NCBI RefSeq assembly: GCF_028641065.1
Contig: NC_073388.1
Location: 15,128,001-15,192,000, forward strand
DNA length: 64,000 nt
Direction: 5' to 3'
Origin: Leucoraja erinacea
Lineage: Eukaryota
Positions 37,401 through 50,806 of this stretch are shown here, one piece after another. Numbering within the stretch: position 1 is the stretch's first letter; every line of letters begins with the position of its first letter. A program made the translations under genes and the position numbers. The notes beneath the pieces were generated by a model that did no database searches, had not been told where the DNA came from, and was given only the letters and a program-made list of their open reading frames with translations.

Positions 37401-38560
37401 GGATCTGCACTAGGACCTCTGTTGTTTGAGAAATATATGAATGACTTGGATACAAATGTACATGGGACTGGTTAGTAAATTTGCAGACTTCATCACAATT
37501 GGTGTAGCTGTGAACGATGAGGAAGGCTGTCAAAGTATACAGCGGGATTTAGATCAAATACAGGTACAGACAGAGAACTGGCAGATGGTTTAATCCAAGC
37601 AAGTGTGTAGTTCAAGTCTGCAGCTCCTTGAAAGTGGCAACACAAATAGATGGAGTGGCAAAGAAGACATATGCAATGCTTACCTTCATCGGTTGAGCCA
37701 TTAAATGTAAGAGTCAGGAAGTCGTGTTACAGATGTATAAGACTTTGTTTGGGTCGCATCTGGAATATTGTGTGTAGTTCTGGTCACCCTATTACTGGTA
37801 GGATGTGAAAGCTGCGGAGAGGATTATGACGATGTTTACCATAATGCTGCCTGGATTCAAGGGTATTCACTATAAGGAGAGGTTGGACAAGCTTGGATTG
37901 TTTTATCTGGAATGACAAAAGTCGAGGGGAGGCGTGATAGATATATATAAAATTATGAGAGGCATGGATAGTCTGAAACTTTATCCCAGGATGGAAAAGT
38001 CTAAAAATCAAGACTATATCTTTAAGATGAGGTTTAAAAGAGATGTGTGGGGCAGGTTTTATGTACTGAGAGCAATGATTGCCAGGGATGGTGGTGATAG
38101 AAACAAATAAGATGATGGCATTTAAGAGACTTTTAGACGGGTATGTGGAATTGAGGGAATAGGGGGAGCAAGGGGTCACAGTTTAAGGATAAGGGGGAAA
38201 TCTTTTAGGACCGAGATGGGAAAAACATTTTTCACACAGAGAGCGGTGAATCTCTGGAATTCTCTGCCACAGGAGGTAGTTGAGGCCAGTTCATTGGCTA
38301 TATTTAAGAGGGAGTTAGATGTGGCCCTTGTGGCTAAAGGGATCAGGGGGTATGGAGAGAAGGCAGGTACAGGATGCTGAGTTGGATGATCAGCCATGAT
38401 CATATTGAATGGCGGTGCAGGCTCGAAGGGCTGAATGGCCTACTCCTGCACCTATTTTCTATGTTTCTATGTTTCTATATGGATCACATGCAGGCAGAGG
38501 ATATTAGCTTGGTATTATATTCAGTACAGACATTGAGGCTCAATAAGGCCTGTTCCTGTG
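34420..38560 (+). mobile_element. Long decayed CR1 ORF2 (APE to 3' end), interrupted by Rex1 (35191-36378) and a young CR1 3' end (about 38165-38478)
   Basis: Degenerate VAI-ET, GDFSFP, AILDLALGN, EDWR-ANV and HLEYCV-FW motifs appear in the expected order. Confidence 0.75.
35191..36378 (+). mobile_element. Rex1/Babar-type LINE, 5'-truncated, with uninterrupted RT ORF 35230-36207
   Basis: [37 protein letters not shown]; open for 325 aa to the stop; AATAAA then a (CTTGA)n tail. Confidence 0.95.
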
Positions 38561-39325
38561 CTTTACCTTTTTTATTGATTCTTTTTATACCGGGTTTTCT
38601 CTTAGCTATCCCTGCAAAACATTCTTTTTTCAAAGTAAATGGAAGTCATTTGGCAGGCAATGAGCTGAAACATATTTCCATTCAGAATAATAACATTTTA
38701 AAGTCATTTGGACAGTTGCATGGATAGGAAGGATTTGGAGGGATCTGGGTCAAAAGCAGACAAGCAGCATTGGTTTAGGAGGGCAGCTGGTCAGCATGGA
38801 TGAGTTGGGCTAAAGAGCTTGTTTTTGTGCTGTATGGCTCAGTGCTTCCGTGACACCATTTGTAAGTGATTTGGAATTGAAGTCCCTTCCACGGATCAGT
38901 GTGTTCCTGACTTCCACAGCTGTGACAATGCTCCTCATCTCCACAACAATGATGAGCTGAGGTGTTTGGTACACACTTATATCAGCCATGTTGACATTCT
39001 CAATGCAATCTCATTCGCTTGAATGGAATGGCCCACCTCGATGAAAAATTGTGCTTTTTTTTTTAAAGTTGAATTAATATGAACATTTTAGCTAATTCAT
39101 GTCAGTTGAATGCTGTATTAATTATTTGTTTTAAATATTTTTCATAACTGTTAAAGATTATTCAAATGCAATTCAATTGTTTTTAAGTGGTTTCTAATTC
39201 TCAGATTAACCATTGAAATGTCCTTTCACAGCATTTGCAGTCATGTGGCCATCATTAGTCTGGGCTTGGTGTCTCAGGATCTGTGGCCTGAGGGCTAGTC
39301 TGATCAAGAATCAAGAGTGTTTAAT

Positions 39326-39455
39326 TGTGTAGGAAAGAACTGCAGATGCTGGTTTAAATCGAAGGTAGACTCAAAATGCTGGAGTAACTCAGCGGGACAG
39401 GCAGCATCTCTGGAGAGAAGGAATGAGTGACGTTTCGGGTCGAGACCCTTCTTCG
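39326..39455 (-). mobile_element. Penelope-derived hammerhead element
   Basis: Minus strand GAAGAAGGGTCTCGACCCGAAACGTCACTC plus the full tail; the core reads CCGAAGA rather than CTGAAGA. Confidence 0.8.
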
Positions 39456-39500
39456 GTACTTTATTGTCATGTGACACAAAAGGAAACAATGAACTTCTTA

Positions 39501-40203
39501 AGGGCCTGTCCCACTTGGCCGTCAATTGCACCTCATTTATACGTCATATGTAAAATAGGTCGATGCGTCGTGATGAGCGACGTCGCGTGCAAATCGCACG
39601 TCATCACATGTCGTCATGCGCCAGCACAGCTGTCTGGTGCACGTGACATCATTAGAATACCCTGCATCCCTATTCTGCATCATGACCATCATGGAAGAAC
39701 TACAGATTTTATTGCTACAGCAACAACAGAGACGTCAGTTAGCAGCAACCCTCATACTTACAGATCAGCCAGGCAGGAGTACAACAAGAAAGGATCGCAA
39801 GAAACCCAGGAAGAGGTCTGTGTGGACGAGGTTAGAGGTTACATGACACGTATAAGGCGGGCTGACTGCGTATGGGCGGCGCGCGGCATTACATGTTTAT
39901 GGACGTTGACGCACGGTGACATAACCATGCGTCACAACGCGATACAGTGTGCGACAGCGTGCGTAGCCAATGTGTCAACGTGCGTACGCGATACGTCACG
40001 CAAGTGGCGCGCGAGGATTTTGTTATACACTACGAAATCCTGGAGCGCCGCGCGATAACGCGCGTCACTGTATCGTGATTCCACGCCTCACCATGCGCAA
40101 CCCGTACGTCACCAACGTGCCCCCCATGCATCACGACGCGTCGACCTATTCTACATATGATGCGTAAATGAGGTGCAAATGACAGCCAAGTGGGACAGGC
40201 CCT
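39501..40203 (+). mobile_element. PIF/Harbinger internal-deletion derivative
   Basis: About 70-bp TIRs AGGGCCTGTCCCACTTGG.../...CCAAGTGGGACAGGCCCT and TTA TSD. Internal MEELQILLLQQQQRR...RKKPRKRSVWTR resembles a Harbinger transposase N-terminus. Confidence 0.9.
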
Positions 40204-40439
40204 TTACTTGCAGTCACCCAACACGTATGTAATCATAATAAACAACAAAACATGTTCAGTATGTACTGAAAAAACAAGCAGATAAATAAATGGACAAATA
40301 AATCGGACATAGTAGTGCATGGTAATAGTAGCTCATTGATGGCACTAGACTTCGGGGTGACTGTGGCAGCCAGGCCTCCAGTTCAATTTGGCGTACAGTG
40401 TGCTAAAGGCTTTGCATGACCACAGGAACATCAGGTTAA

Positions 40440-40905
40440 TTGTCGGGATGACGGGACTGACATATGATGAAAGAATGGATCAACTGGGCGTATATTCACT
40501 GGAATTTAGAAGAATGAGAGGGGATCTTATAGAAACATAAAATTCTTCAGGCTAGATGTAGGAAAAATTTTCCCCATATTGGGGGAGCGAGACCAGGGCA
40601 AAATGAGTGCAAAATAAGGGGTAGGCCATTTAGGACTGAGAGGAAGAAAAAACTTTTTTTCACAGAGAGAGTTGTGAATCTGTGAAATTCTCTGCCACAG
40701 AAGGCAGTGGAGGCCAATTCACTGGATATTTTCAAGAGAGAGTTAGATATAGCTCTTAGGGCAAACAGAATCAAGGGATATCAAGGGAAGCAGGAACAGG
40801 ATACTAATTTTGGATGGTCAGCCATGATCATATTGAATGGTGGTGCTGGCTCGAAGGGCCGAATGGCCTACCCCTGCACCTATTTTCTATGTTTCTATGT
40901 CTCTA
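40440..40905 (+). mobile_element. CR1 LINE 3' end
   Basis: EFRRMRGDLIET and EANSLDIFKRELDIAL, with a (TTTCTATG)n tail. Confidence 0.9.
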
Positions 40906-41869
40906 GGAGGCAAATGCAAATTGTCAGGTTTGGGTCATACGTTCATCTTTCCTAGATTGTTCACAGCCATGAATGAATAGGGAGTATAGTGAGGCTCTGA
41001 GAATGCTTCCTTGCAGGCCACTGGTGCTGAGAATTATCATGAAGGATATTTTGATGCCTATCCTCGCTGATTGTGGTCTTTGGGTGAGAACTTCAAGGAC
41101 CCAGTGGCAGAGGGGGATCCTAGAGGCCCAGGAGTTTGGAGATGCATTTGGTTGGAATTATGGTGTTGAAGGCAGAGCTATGGTCAATAAATAGGAGGTT
41201 GAAGATCACTTGTCAGAACTGTGAAGGGTCTTTGAACTGAAGCATTAATCTTATGATTGGTAAAGTAAAAGCGCATGTGTTTGGATCACAGGGAGAGTTG
41301 GAATCAAAACCGGGTTCATGGCAGGACACAAGGATGACGATTGATCGGTATAAAGATTGATCAGTAGTTTAGTGACTGACAGGTTGTTTGCAGTGCAAGA
41401 TAAAACGCTTGGAGCTTTCTCCAGATCATGTTTTTAGATATAAATGTAGGAGCAGCAGTTCAGAAGTGAGTACACGACATAAAAAGGAGTAGTGCTTAAT
41501 ATTAAGAAAGAAAGCTGTACACTGCAGGAAGTTATCAAAGGGCTGAGCAGGTTTGATGCAAAGTGGTAAATGGTATTCAGTTGATGAACGCGTGAGGCAT
41601 TGCATCTGGAGAAACAAACCGGGCAGAAATAATGAGAAGTGCTGAGTGACAGAGAAACATTGAGATGGATGTGCACAGACCCCCCGAAGGTTGAAAGATG
41701 ATAAATAAATAAAATGGTAAGAAATGTAACCGATTCTTATTAACTGATATAATATAAAAACAAGGTAGAATAGATTTTTACATTTGTTAAATCATAGCTG
41801 GAATAGGATGCATACTGTTTATTTTTATAGGATAGAAACAGTTTGAAGGAAGATGCATGGAAGGTTTAT

Positions 41870-44400
41870 GTAACATAGAACGTTACAGCACAGTAACGGA
41901 ACCTTCGGCCCACAATGTTTGTGCTGAGCAAGATGCCTAGCTGACTTGATCTCATCTGCATGCACTTCATCCATATGCCTCTATTCTATTTCCATGTTCC
42001 TACCTATAAATATCTTAAACGCCATGATTGTTTCTGCCTCCACTACCACCCCTGGCAATGAGTTGTAGGCCCTCATCAACTTCAATGTACAAATAAGCTT
42101 GCCTGCACATCTCCATGACAATTTCCTTCTCTCACCTTATAGCTATGCTCTCTAGTGTTGGACATTTACACCTTGGGAATAAAGGTTCTGACTGTCTATC
42201 CTATCTATCCCTCTCATATATACTTTATATACTTTTATCATCTCCCCTCATCTTCCAACATTCCAAAGAAAACAATCCAAATCTATCCAACCTCTCCCCG
42301 TAGCAGAAATGAATCCATGCAGCATTCTAGTAAACTTCTCTTGCACCCTCTCCAAAGCTTCAACATCTTTCCCGTAATGGGTGACCAGAACCACATGCAA
42401 ATGCGGCCGAACCAAAGTCCAATAGAGCTGCATCATGACTTCTTGACTTTTATACTCAATGCCCCTAGGAATAAAGGCAGGCATACCATAAGCCTTCTTT
42501 ACCATCCTAACTACTTGAGCTGCTATCTTTAGTGTGTTGTGAACTTGGACCTTAAGATCCCTTGGTAACATCAAAGCTTTTAAGGGTCTTGTCATTAACT
42601 GCATACTCTCTCCTCTTAAATTCAACCTCCCAAAGTGCAACACCTCGCACTTGCTTGGGTTAGAAACATAGAAATTAGGTGCAGGAGTAGGCCATTCGGC
42701 CCTTTGAGCCTGCACCGCCATTCAATATGATCATGGCTGATCATCCAACTCAGTATCCCGTACCTGCCTTCGCTCCATACCCTCTGATCCCCTTAGCCAC
42801 AAGGGCCACATTAAACTCCATCTGCCATGTCTGCCTATTTCTGCAGCTGATCCATATGCTGCTGTGTTCTTCTGACAGCCTTCCTTACTGTCTGCTTCTC
42901 CTCCAATTTTGGTGTCGTCAACTTATCTACATTTATGTCTAGGTCATTTATATATATCACAAAAAGCAGAGGACCATGTACAGAACCCTGCGGAACTCCG
43001 CTGGTCACAGACCTCAAGCCACAATATCCACCTTCCACCACAAACCCTCCATCTTCTATGAATAAGGCAGTTCCCAATCCATGTGACCCAGTCAATAGAC
43101 AATAGGTGCAAGAGTTGGCCATTTGGCCCTTCGAGCCAGCACCGCCATTCACTGTGATCATGGCTGATCATCCACAATAAGTACCCCGTTCCTGCCTTCT
43201 CCCCATATCCCTTCACTGCTCTATCTTTATGAGATCTATTTAGCTCTGTCATGAAAGCCTCCAGAGAATTGGCCTCCACTGCCTTCTGAGGAAGGGAATT
43301 CCACAGACTCACAACTCTCTGTGTGAAAAAGTTTTTCCTCATCTCTGTTCTAAATGGCTTACCCCTTATTCTTAAACTGTGGGCCCTGGTTCTGGACTCT
43401 CTCAACATCGGGAACATGTTTCCTGTCCCTAGCGTGTCCAAACCCTTAATAATCTTACATGTTTGTGAGTCATTATGAATCATGTTACATCTTAATCTTT
43501 TGGATCAGTCTACTATGAGGGACCTTCTCAAAAACCTTACTAAAATCCATGTATACAACATCCATTGCCCTACCTTCATCTATCTTCTTTGTCACCACCT
43601 CAAAAAAGAGACAAGACCTGCCGTGTTCAAAGCCATGCTGGATATCTCCCATTAGCCCATTCTCTTCCAAATAGGAGGAAATCAATCCTATTGCAAAGGA
43701 TTATCTCCAATCATTGCCCTCCATTGATGTGAGGCTCATTGGCCTATAATTCCATGGATTCGCTCTACTTCATTTTGTAAACAAAGGAACTACATTGGTC
43801 ACTTTCCAGTCCTCCAGGACCTCACCTGTGGCTAGAGAAGAAACAAAGATAATCATCAAGGCTCCCGCCATCTTTTCTCTTGCCTCCCTCAATAATCTGG
43901 GATAGATCCCACCAGACCCTTGAACATATCGACCTTGATATTCTTCAAGAGTCTTAGCACAGTTCTTGACCTCAACTGCCTTAGCATATTGATATTCTCC
44001 ACACTGATCTTGCTTTCCTACAAGTCATTTTCTTGGGTGAATACAGATGAAAAGTACTTGTTAGTACCTTACCCACATCCTCTGACTCTATGTATAGAAT
44101 CACTCCTTTAAGTTTAAGTGGTCCTACCCTCTCACTAGTGATTATCTTATTTTTAACGTGCATATAAAGAGCCTTGATTTTCCTTAATCCAAACTCACCA
44201 ATCCAACTTGACATTTCATGACCCCCTCTGGCGCTTCTAAGCACCTACTTGAGTTTTTTCTCACTGACTTTATATTCCTCATAAGCCTTGTCTGATGCCA
44301 CTTTCTAGAACCTGACATATGCTTCCTTTTTCTTCCTTTCCAAGTTTATAAATTCCTTAGTCATTCATGGTTTTCGTAACTAGAACATGCTGGTCCTGCT
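41870..44400 (-). mobile_element. Decayed CR1 ORF2 with nested younger CR1 3' ends (about 42661-42810 and 43092-43465)
   Basis: [55 protein letters not shown]. Confidence 0.88.
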
Positions 44401-44619
44401 TATTTTATTGATCCTGCTAATGTTGACCAGACAGGAGAATTTTAACACTCAGGAAAGATTGGCCAAGTTGATGTTTTCATTGGGGACGTCTGAGCAAAGA
44501 TTCAATCATGGTGCGGCAAAACTATGAGAGGCCTTGATATGGCAAAAAGAAGGATCTATTTCCTTTAGCCGGGGTCAAAACCAGGAAGATAGCTTTTGGA
44601 TCATTGGCAGAATGAGGAG

Positions 44620-44858
44620 ACAATAGACAATAGGTGCAGGAGTAGGCCATTCGGCTCTTCGAGCCAGCACCACCATTCACTGTGATCATGGCTGATCATC
44701 CACAATCAGTACCCCTTCCTGCCTTCTCCCCATATCCCTTGACTACGCTATCTTTAAGAGCTCTATCTAGCTCTCTCTCAAAAGCATCCAGAGAACCAGA
44801 CTCCACCGCCCTCTGAGACAGAGAATTCCACGGACTCACAACTCGCTGTGTGAAAAAG
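44620..44858 (-). mobile_element. Young CR1 3' end nested in an older CR1 fragment
   Basis: ACAATAGACAATAGGTGCAGGAGTAGGCC tail, in reverse. Confidence 0.85.
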
Positions 44859-45103
44859 AGGGATATTGAGGGAAGAAGAAATATCCTCTGGGAACATTGG
44901 AAAATGCTCTGGAAATATGTTGAATTAGCAACTCAGCATTTGCACTGAGCTGAATCTGGAACTAGTCTGGGTAGCTGTTTGGTGCTAGCAAGATGGGCTG
45001 AATAGCCTCCTTGGATGCCATATATTTCCATGCTTCTATAATCCTCTTGTTTAAGGAACTAGGAATGCTGCAGTGCTTTATTTAGATGCAAACCATTAAC
45101 ATT

Positions 45104-45233
45104 TGGTCTGAAGAAGTGTCTCGACCCGAAGCATCACCAATCCATGTTCTCCAGACATGCTGCCTGACCTTCTGAGTTACTCCAGCATGTTGTCAATTAT
45201 AATATAAACAAGCATCTGCTGTTCCTTGTGTCT
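45104..45233 (+). mobile_element. 130-bp Penelope-derived hammerhead element
   Basis: TSD CCATTAACATT (45093-103, 45234-44). TTGGT-CTGAAGA...GAAGCATC-ACCAA gives a 5-bp stem I, but the core is mutated. Confidence 0.85.
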
Positions 45234-45649
45234 CCATTAACATTGTGAGTCCACCACATCTCAAGTTTAAGAAAAGCTTCCAATATTTAAGAAATTTGGC
45301 TTTCTTATAAAGAAAATTTTAAAATATAATTACAATGCAAAATCGTCGAACAAATTGAGAAAAGCGTAACAAACAGAATTTCAACTAACTTATTAAACAA
45401 AATCTGCAAAACAGTAATGTTTATGTTGCCATCTTCTCCATTAAGATAATAGCATTATAAAGTAATGTAAAACAACATTATCAGCATCTTTAACATTACA
45501 ATGAAGGCTCTCAAGTGATTAAAAAGTCATTACTATTGATTTAATTGCAAAAATATAATGTTTATTGTGGTTTTATCACATTTTAAAATCGTAATGGAAT
45601 ATCAATATTGATTACTATAATTACCACAAAGCTATTAGGAATGACAAGA

Positions 45650-47880
45650 TATGACACCAGGACAAACATGAGTCCCAGTATGATCACTCGGACATCCGTC
45701 GACTGTGGCAAGGCCTGAATACTATAACTGGCTGCAAAGTAAATTCAAGCTACATCACTGGTAATAGCGTGGCACTCCCTGGTGAACTTGATGCATTTTA
45801 GGCTCACTTTGATCACAAGGCCAGCAGGGTGATGACACCGGTCCCATCATACTCGAGTGCACCTTTTCCTAGAAGCTGTTGCAGAGTTAGATTGGCCTTC
45901 CTGAGGGTGAAGCCACGGAAAGCAACTGGTCCAGATGGAGTCCCTGGTCGCATCCATAGGAACTGTGGGACCGACTAGTGGAAGTGTTCACAGACATAAG
46001 TAATCTCTCCAAACTCCATTCTGAGATACCCAGCTGCTTCAAGAACACCTTAGCCTTGGTGTCAAAGAAAAGCAAGATCTCATGCCTTAATGACTACCAT
46101 CTAGTAGCCTTGATGTCCACCATCATGAAGTGCTTTGAGAGGCTGGTTATGGCACACATTAAATCAAGCCTACTAAGGAACGTTGATCAACTGCAGTTCA
46201 CCTACTGCCACAACAGGTCCATAGCTGATATCATCTCCCTTTTCCTGCACTCATCACTGGAACACTTGGATAACAAGGACACCTACATCAGACAACTATT
46301 CATAGACATGTAGGAAAGAACTGCAGATGCTGGTTTTCACCGTAGATAGACACAAAATGCTGGAGTAGCTCAGCAGGTCAGGCAGCATCTCTGGAGAAAA
46401 GAAATAAGGGTTTCAACCCGAAACATCACCGATTCCTTTTCACCAGAGATGCTACCTCACCTGCTGTGTTACAGTACTTCAGCATTTTGTGCCTTGTCCT
46501 ATTCGTAGACTACTGCTCTGCTTTCAATACCATCATCACAACCAAGACCATCTTCAAACTGGTGGAACTTGGAGTCAGCACTCCTCTCTGCAACTGTATC
46601 CTCGACTTCCTGCCCAACAGACCAAAATCAGTGAGGATAGGTCACAAATCATCCTCTACGATAATCCTCGCCACTGGTTCCCCACAAGGATATATTCTCA
46701 ACCCCCTGTTATATTTCGTAAACATTCATGATTGTGCAACCAAATACCAATCCAACTCAATTTACAGGTTTGTAGACGACATTACAGTGGCGGGCCAGAT
46801 ATCAAATAATGATAAGTTAAGTACAGGAAGGAGATTAAGAACATCGTAAGACACCAAACAAGTCCTTAAAGTTGCAAGACAAATGTGGTTGTGATTGACT
46901 TCAGGATGTACAGTAAAACAGTACACACACGCTGGTATACATTGATTGTGCTGAAGTTGAAAGCTTCAAGTTCTTAGGAATAAATATCCCCAGCAATTTG
47001 GCCTGGACCAGCCACCTCAAAGCTATGGCCAAGAAAGGAACACCTACTTCCTGAGAAGGCTTAGGAAATATGGTCATCACCAATAACCCCCTCCAACTTC
47101 TAAAGCCAATAGAACGGAGACGAGGAAACACTTCTTCACACAGAGAGTTGTGAGTCTGTGGAATTCCCTGCCTCAGAGGGCGGTGGAGGCTGGCCCTCTG
47201 GATACTTTCAAGAGCAAGCTAGATACAGCTCTTAAAGATAGCGGGGTCAGGGGATATGGGGGAGAAGGCAGGAACAGGGTACTGATTAGGGATAATCAGC
47301 CATGATCACATTGAATGGCGGTGCTGGCTCGAAGGGCCGAATGGCCTACTCCTGCACCTATTGTCTATTGACTTTTGTCTATAAAGCATTTTATCAGAAT
47401 GCACCACATCATGGTTTGGGAACAGCTCCATCCAAGACCACATTAAATTACAGAGAATTGTCAACGTAGCTCAGACCATCACTCGAACCAACCTCCCTTT
47501 CATTGACTCCAACCCCACTTCACACTGCTTCTGCAAGGCCACCAACATAAGCAAAGACCAGTCTCACCACAGGTACTCCCTTTTCTCCCTTCTTCCACCA
47601 CAAAAAAGGTACAGAAGTTTAAAAACGCATACTTCCAGATTCAGGGACAGTTTCTTCCCAGTTGTTGTCAGGCAACTGGATTGTCCTTTCACCAGCTGGA
47701 GTTGGTCTTGAATCAGACTTTATTGGACTGTATCTTGCACTAAATGTTGCACCCTTTATCCTGTATCTGTACACTGTGGATGGCTTGATTGTAATCATGT
47801 ACAGTCTTTTCTTTGACTAGATAGCATGCAGCAAAAGCTTTTCACTGTACCTCAGTACATGCAACAATAATAATTCAACT
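45650..47880 (+). mobile_element. Decayed Rex1/Babar-type LINE with nested insertions
   Basis: [45 protein letters not shown]; 3' UTR at 47700-47880; nested CR1 at about 47100-47372. Confidence 0.88.
46308..46498. mobile_element. Fold-back Penelope-derived element inside the Rex1 RT
   Basis: TSD CTATTCATAGAC (46296-307) / CTATTCGTAGAC (46499-510); inverted arms meet at GGGTTTCAACCCGAAAC. Confidence 0.85.
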
Positions 47881-48051
47881 ACTGCACAAGAAAACACTAA
47901 TTATGAATGAACGGAGGGCATGGAGAGGGGCAGAGATGCTGCTTGAGGTAGAGAGGGAGTGTTGGGCAGACAGAGAGAGTGGATGTGGGGCTGGAGGGGA
48001 TGTGGTTACTTTGTGAGAGAGAGAGAGAGTATTTGAAGTTTGAAAGAGTGA

Positions 48052-48315
48052 TTGTCATAGTCATAGTGTGGAAACAGGCCCTTTGGCCCAACTTGCCCAC
48101 ACCGGCCAACATGTCCCAGCTATACTAGTCCCACCTGCCCGCGTTTGGTCCTTATCCTTCCAAACCTGTCCAATCCATGTAACTGTCAAGATGTTTCATA
48201 AATGTTGGGATAGTCCCTGCCTCAGCTAGCTTATCTGGCAGCATGTTCCATACACTCACCACCCTTTGTGTGAAAACATTACCCCTCAGATTCCTATTAA
48301 ATCTTTTCCCCTTCA
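48052..48315 (-). mobile_element. CR1/HER1 3' end
   Basis: GGAAACAGGCCCTTTGGCCCAAC tail (shared with HE1) and CACCACCCTTTGTGTGAAAA. Confidence 0.85.
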
Positions 48316-49429
48316 CCTCCCTTCACCTTCAACCTATGTGTAGAGTGAAGGAAGGAAAATGGGGAATAGAAATCGAGAGAGGGGACATAAAGTGTGGGGA
48401 GGAGTGCAATCACATGGAAGGGGAGGAAAGGGAGAAAAAGGGAAAATAAGAGTAGAGGTAGTGCTTGGAGGATGCAGTGTGAACCAATCCATGCCCCAGC
48501 TTTCAATCAATGGATCCAAGTCCAGACTTGGTGCCTGGAGGAGATCAGGCAGTGCCTCATCTCCTTCTCCACTGTATATTGTTGCATGGAATACCTTATC
48601 TTACCTTATCAATTTCCCTCTCCTTCCGATTACCTCTCTCTGTCTCACTATCTCTATCTCCCCCTGCCTCTGCCATCCCACTGAATCACCCGTCCACCAC
48701 CCCTTCACTGTTTATGTTTCCCACAGTAGAGGTTGGAGCCAAGGCTGGTTGTCTGCATTCCTGGATGTCAGCAGGTCAGTACTCCCTTCACTCCCATGGT
48801 CTGCGGAGACAGGGGGTTGGGTTCTTAACAGTGAGAGCCCAGCCTCAGGGTTGTCAACAGTGTCCAGTGGTTGTGAGCAGCGGGCAGCAGCAAAAGACAG
48901 GACTGCATACCAGCATTATTCTGGATAAGAAATTTATCTTTATGGCTGTAAAATTGTAGAGTGTAAGAACTCTGTAAGAGATATGGACGACAGAATGTGG
49001 TGCGTGCATTTTGCATGCTAAACTTGTAGAAAAACACATAACCAAATGTGCTACTGCTAACTGGTATATAAATAAAAACACAGAAGGACCTGTCACTTTT
49101 GCTATCCACAAGAATGTAATAGCTTTTTACTGGGTGAGTACTAACACCACCAGGAAGAGATTTATTTCCTCTGCCAATAATGCACTTTTTGCTTTGATGT
49201 GAGTTTATTAAGACACATTCCCAAAGGCTCTGTTTTTTGCATCAAAAATAAACCACTACAGTAACCAAACATCCTCCTGGGCCTTTCAGAGTCTCAATAC
49301 TACCAGACATGATGAGAGCCTTGCAGTGTTTAATCGTTTATCATTGGAAACCGATGTTTCCAAATCCTGCTACAAAATGCTACAAAACCTTTTCTGCCTC
49401 CATCACTTCCTGTATTTGAAAATCACTCC

Positions 49430-50430
49430 AGCGCAAATATGCAGCACCTGGACTTATACCTCCTCCCTCGCCACCATCCAGGGACCCCAGCATTCCTTCC
49501 TGGTTCATGTGCACCTCCTCTAACCTCATCTTCTGTATCCGATGTTCCCGTTGTGGCCTCCTGTATATCAGCAAGGTGTACGCTCTTTAGACTTTTACTT
49601 TAGACCTTAGAGGGATAGCATGGAAACAGGCCCATTTGGCCCACTGAGTCTGCAACGGCCTACAATCACTCCGTACACTAACAGCACCCTACACACTAGG
49701 GACAGTTTACTATTTTATTGAATCTAATTAACCTATAATCCTTTACGTCCTTGGAGACTTTAGAATGTGTGTGGAAACGGGAGTACCCGGAAAAGGCCCA
49801 CACGGTCACAGGGAGAATGTACAAACTCTGTACAGATAGTACCCATAGTCAGGATCAATCCTGGGTCTCTGGCGCTGTAAGGCAGCAGCTCTACCACTAT
49901 GCCATTTTGTGGTACTCAGAGCAACAGTGACCAGTTTCGCCAAACACTTGGGTTCGGTCCACCAAGGCCTACTGGATCTCCCAGTTGTTAACCATTTTAA
50001 CGCCTCTTCCAATTCCCACACTGACCTATCTGTCCCGTACCTCCTCCATTGCCAGACTGAGGCCACATGCAAATACCGCTTGGTAGCTTACAATCCAACA
50101 GTATGAATATTGAATTCTCCCATTTTAGGTAACCTCTAACAACCTCCCTCCCCATCCCCTATCTCCCCCACATCCCCACTTTGTTTCCCCAATCCCTCCC
50201 CTGTGCTAAACCTAGATCCACATTCATTTCTGCTCTCCGCTCCCCCTTCACCTACATTCCTTCCTCTGGCTTCACAATTCACAACTCTTCAATCCTTTTG
50301 TCTCACACATTTTTTTTTACCTTTGGCCTTTGTACAACCATCTCCCTATTTAAACAAAAACCCTGCCTGTGTTCACCTATTACCTGCCACTTGTGGTCCT
50401 GACCCTCCTCTCTTCTAGATTTCTTCCCTT
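49430..50430 (+). pseudogene. Penelope-like (Neptune-type) GIY-YIG endonuclease remnant plus 3' UTR, split by an HE1 SINE
   Basis: YTSSLATIQGP / FMCTSSNLIFCIRCSRCGLLYISK, [SINE], FAKHLGSVHQGLLDLPVVNHFN..SNSHTDLSV / MNIEFSHFR* (stop 50130-32), then a pyrimidine-rich UTR. Confidence 0.85.
49587..49905 (-). mobile_element. HE1/V-SINE
   Basis: Full reverse-complement head, core and tail. Confidence 0.88.
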
Positions 50431-50479
50431 CTTTTTTGCCAGACCAAATGCGCTGGATTCTGGAATCATACCTAGCGAT

Positions 50480-50806
50480 GTTTAGTTTAGTTTTTAATTT
50501 CCAGATACAGCACGGAAACAGGCCCTTCGGCCCACCGACTCCGCACTGACCAGCGATCCCCGCACATTAACACAATCCTACACACACACTAGGGACAATT
50601 TATATTTACATCTAACCAATGATCCTACACAGCTATACGTCTTTGGAGTGTGAGAGGAAACTGAAGATCTAGTAGAAAACCAACGCGGTCATGGCGAGAA
50701 CGTACAAACTCCGTGCAGACAGCACCCATAGTCGAGATCGAATCCTAGTCTCCAACGCTTCAAGCGCTGTAAGGCCGCAACTTTACCGCTGCGCCACTGT
50801 GCCGCC
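50480..50806 (-). mobile_element. HE1/V-SINE
   Basis: Full reverse-complement head (CCGCTGCGCCACTGTGCCGCC), core and (CTAAA)n tail. Confidence 0.88.

Noticed and set aside
39423-40058. 211-aa plus-strand ORF
   Set aside because: It crosses three unrelated repeats and the MITE TIR; stop-poor GC-rich sequence explains its length.
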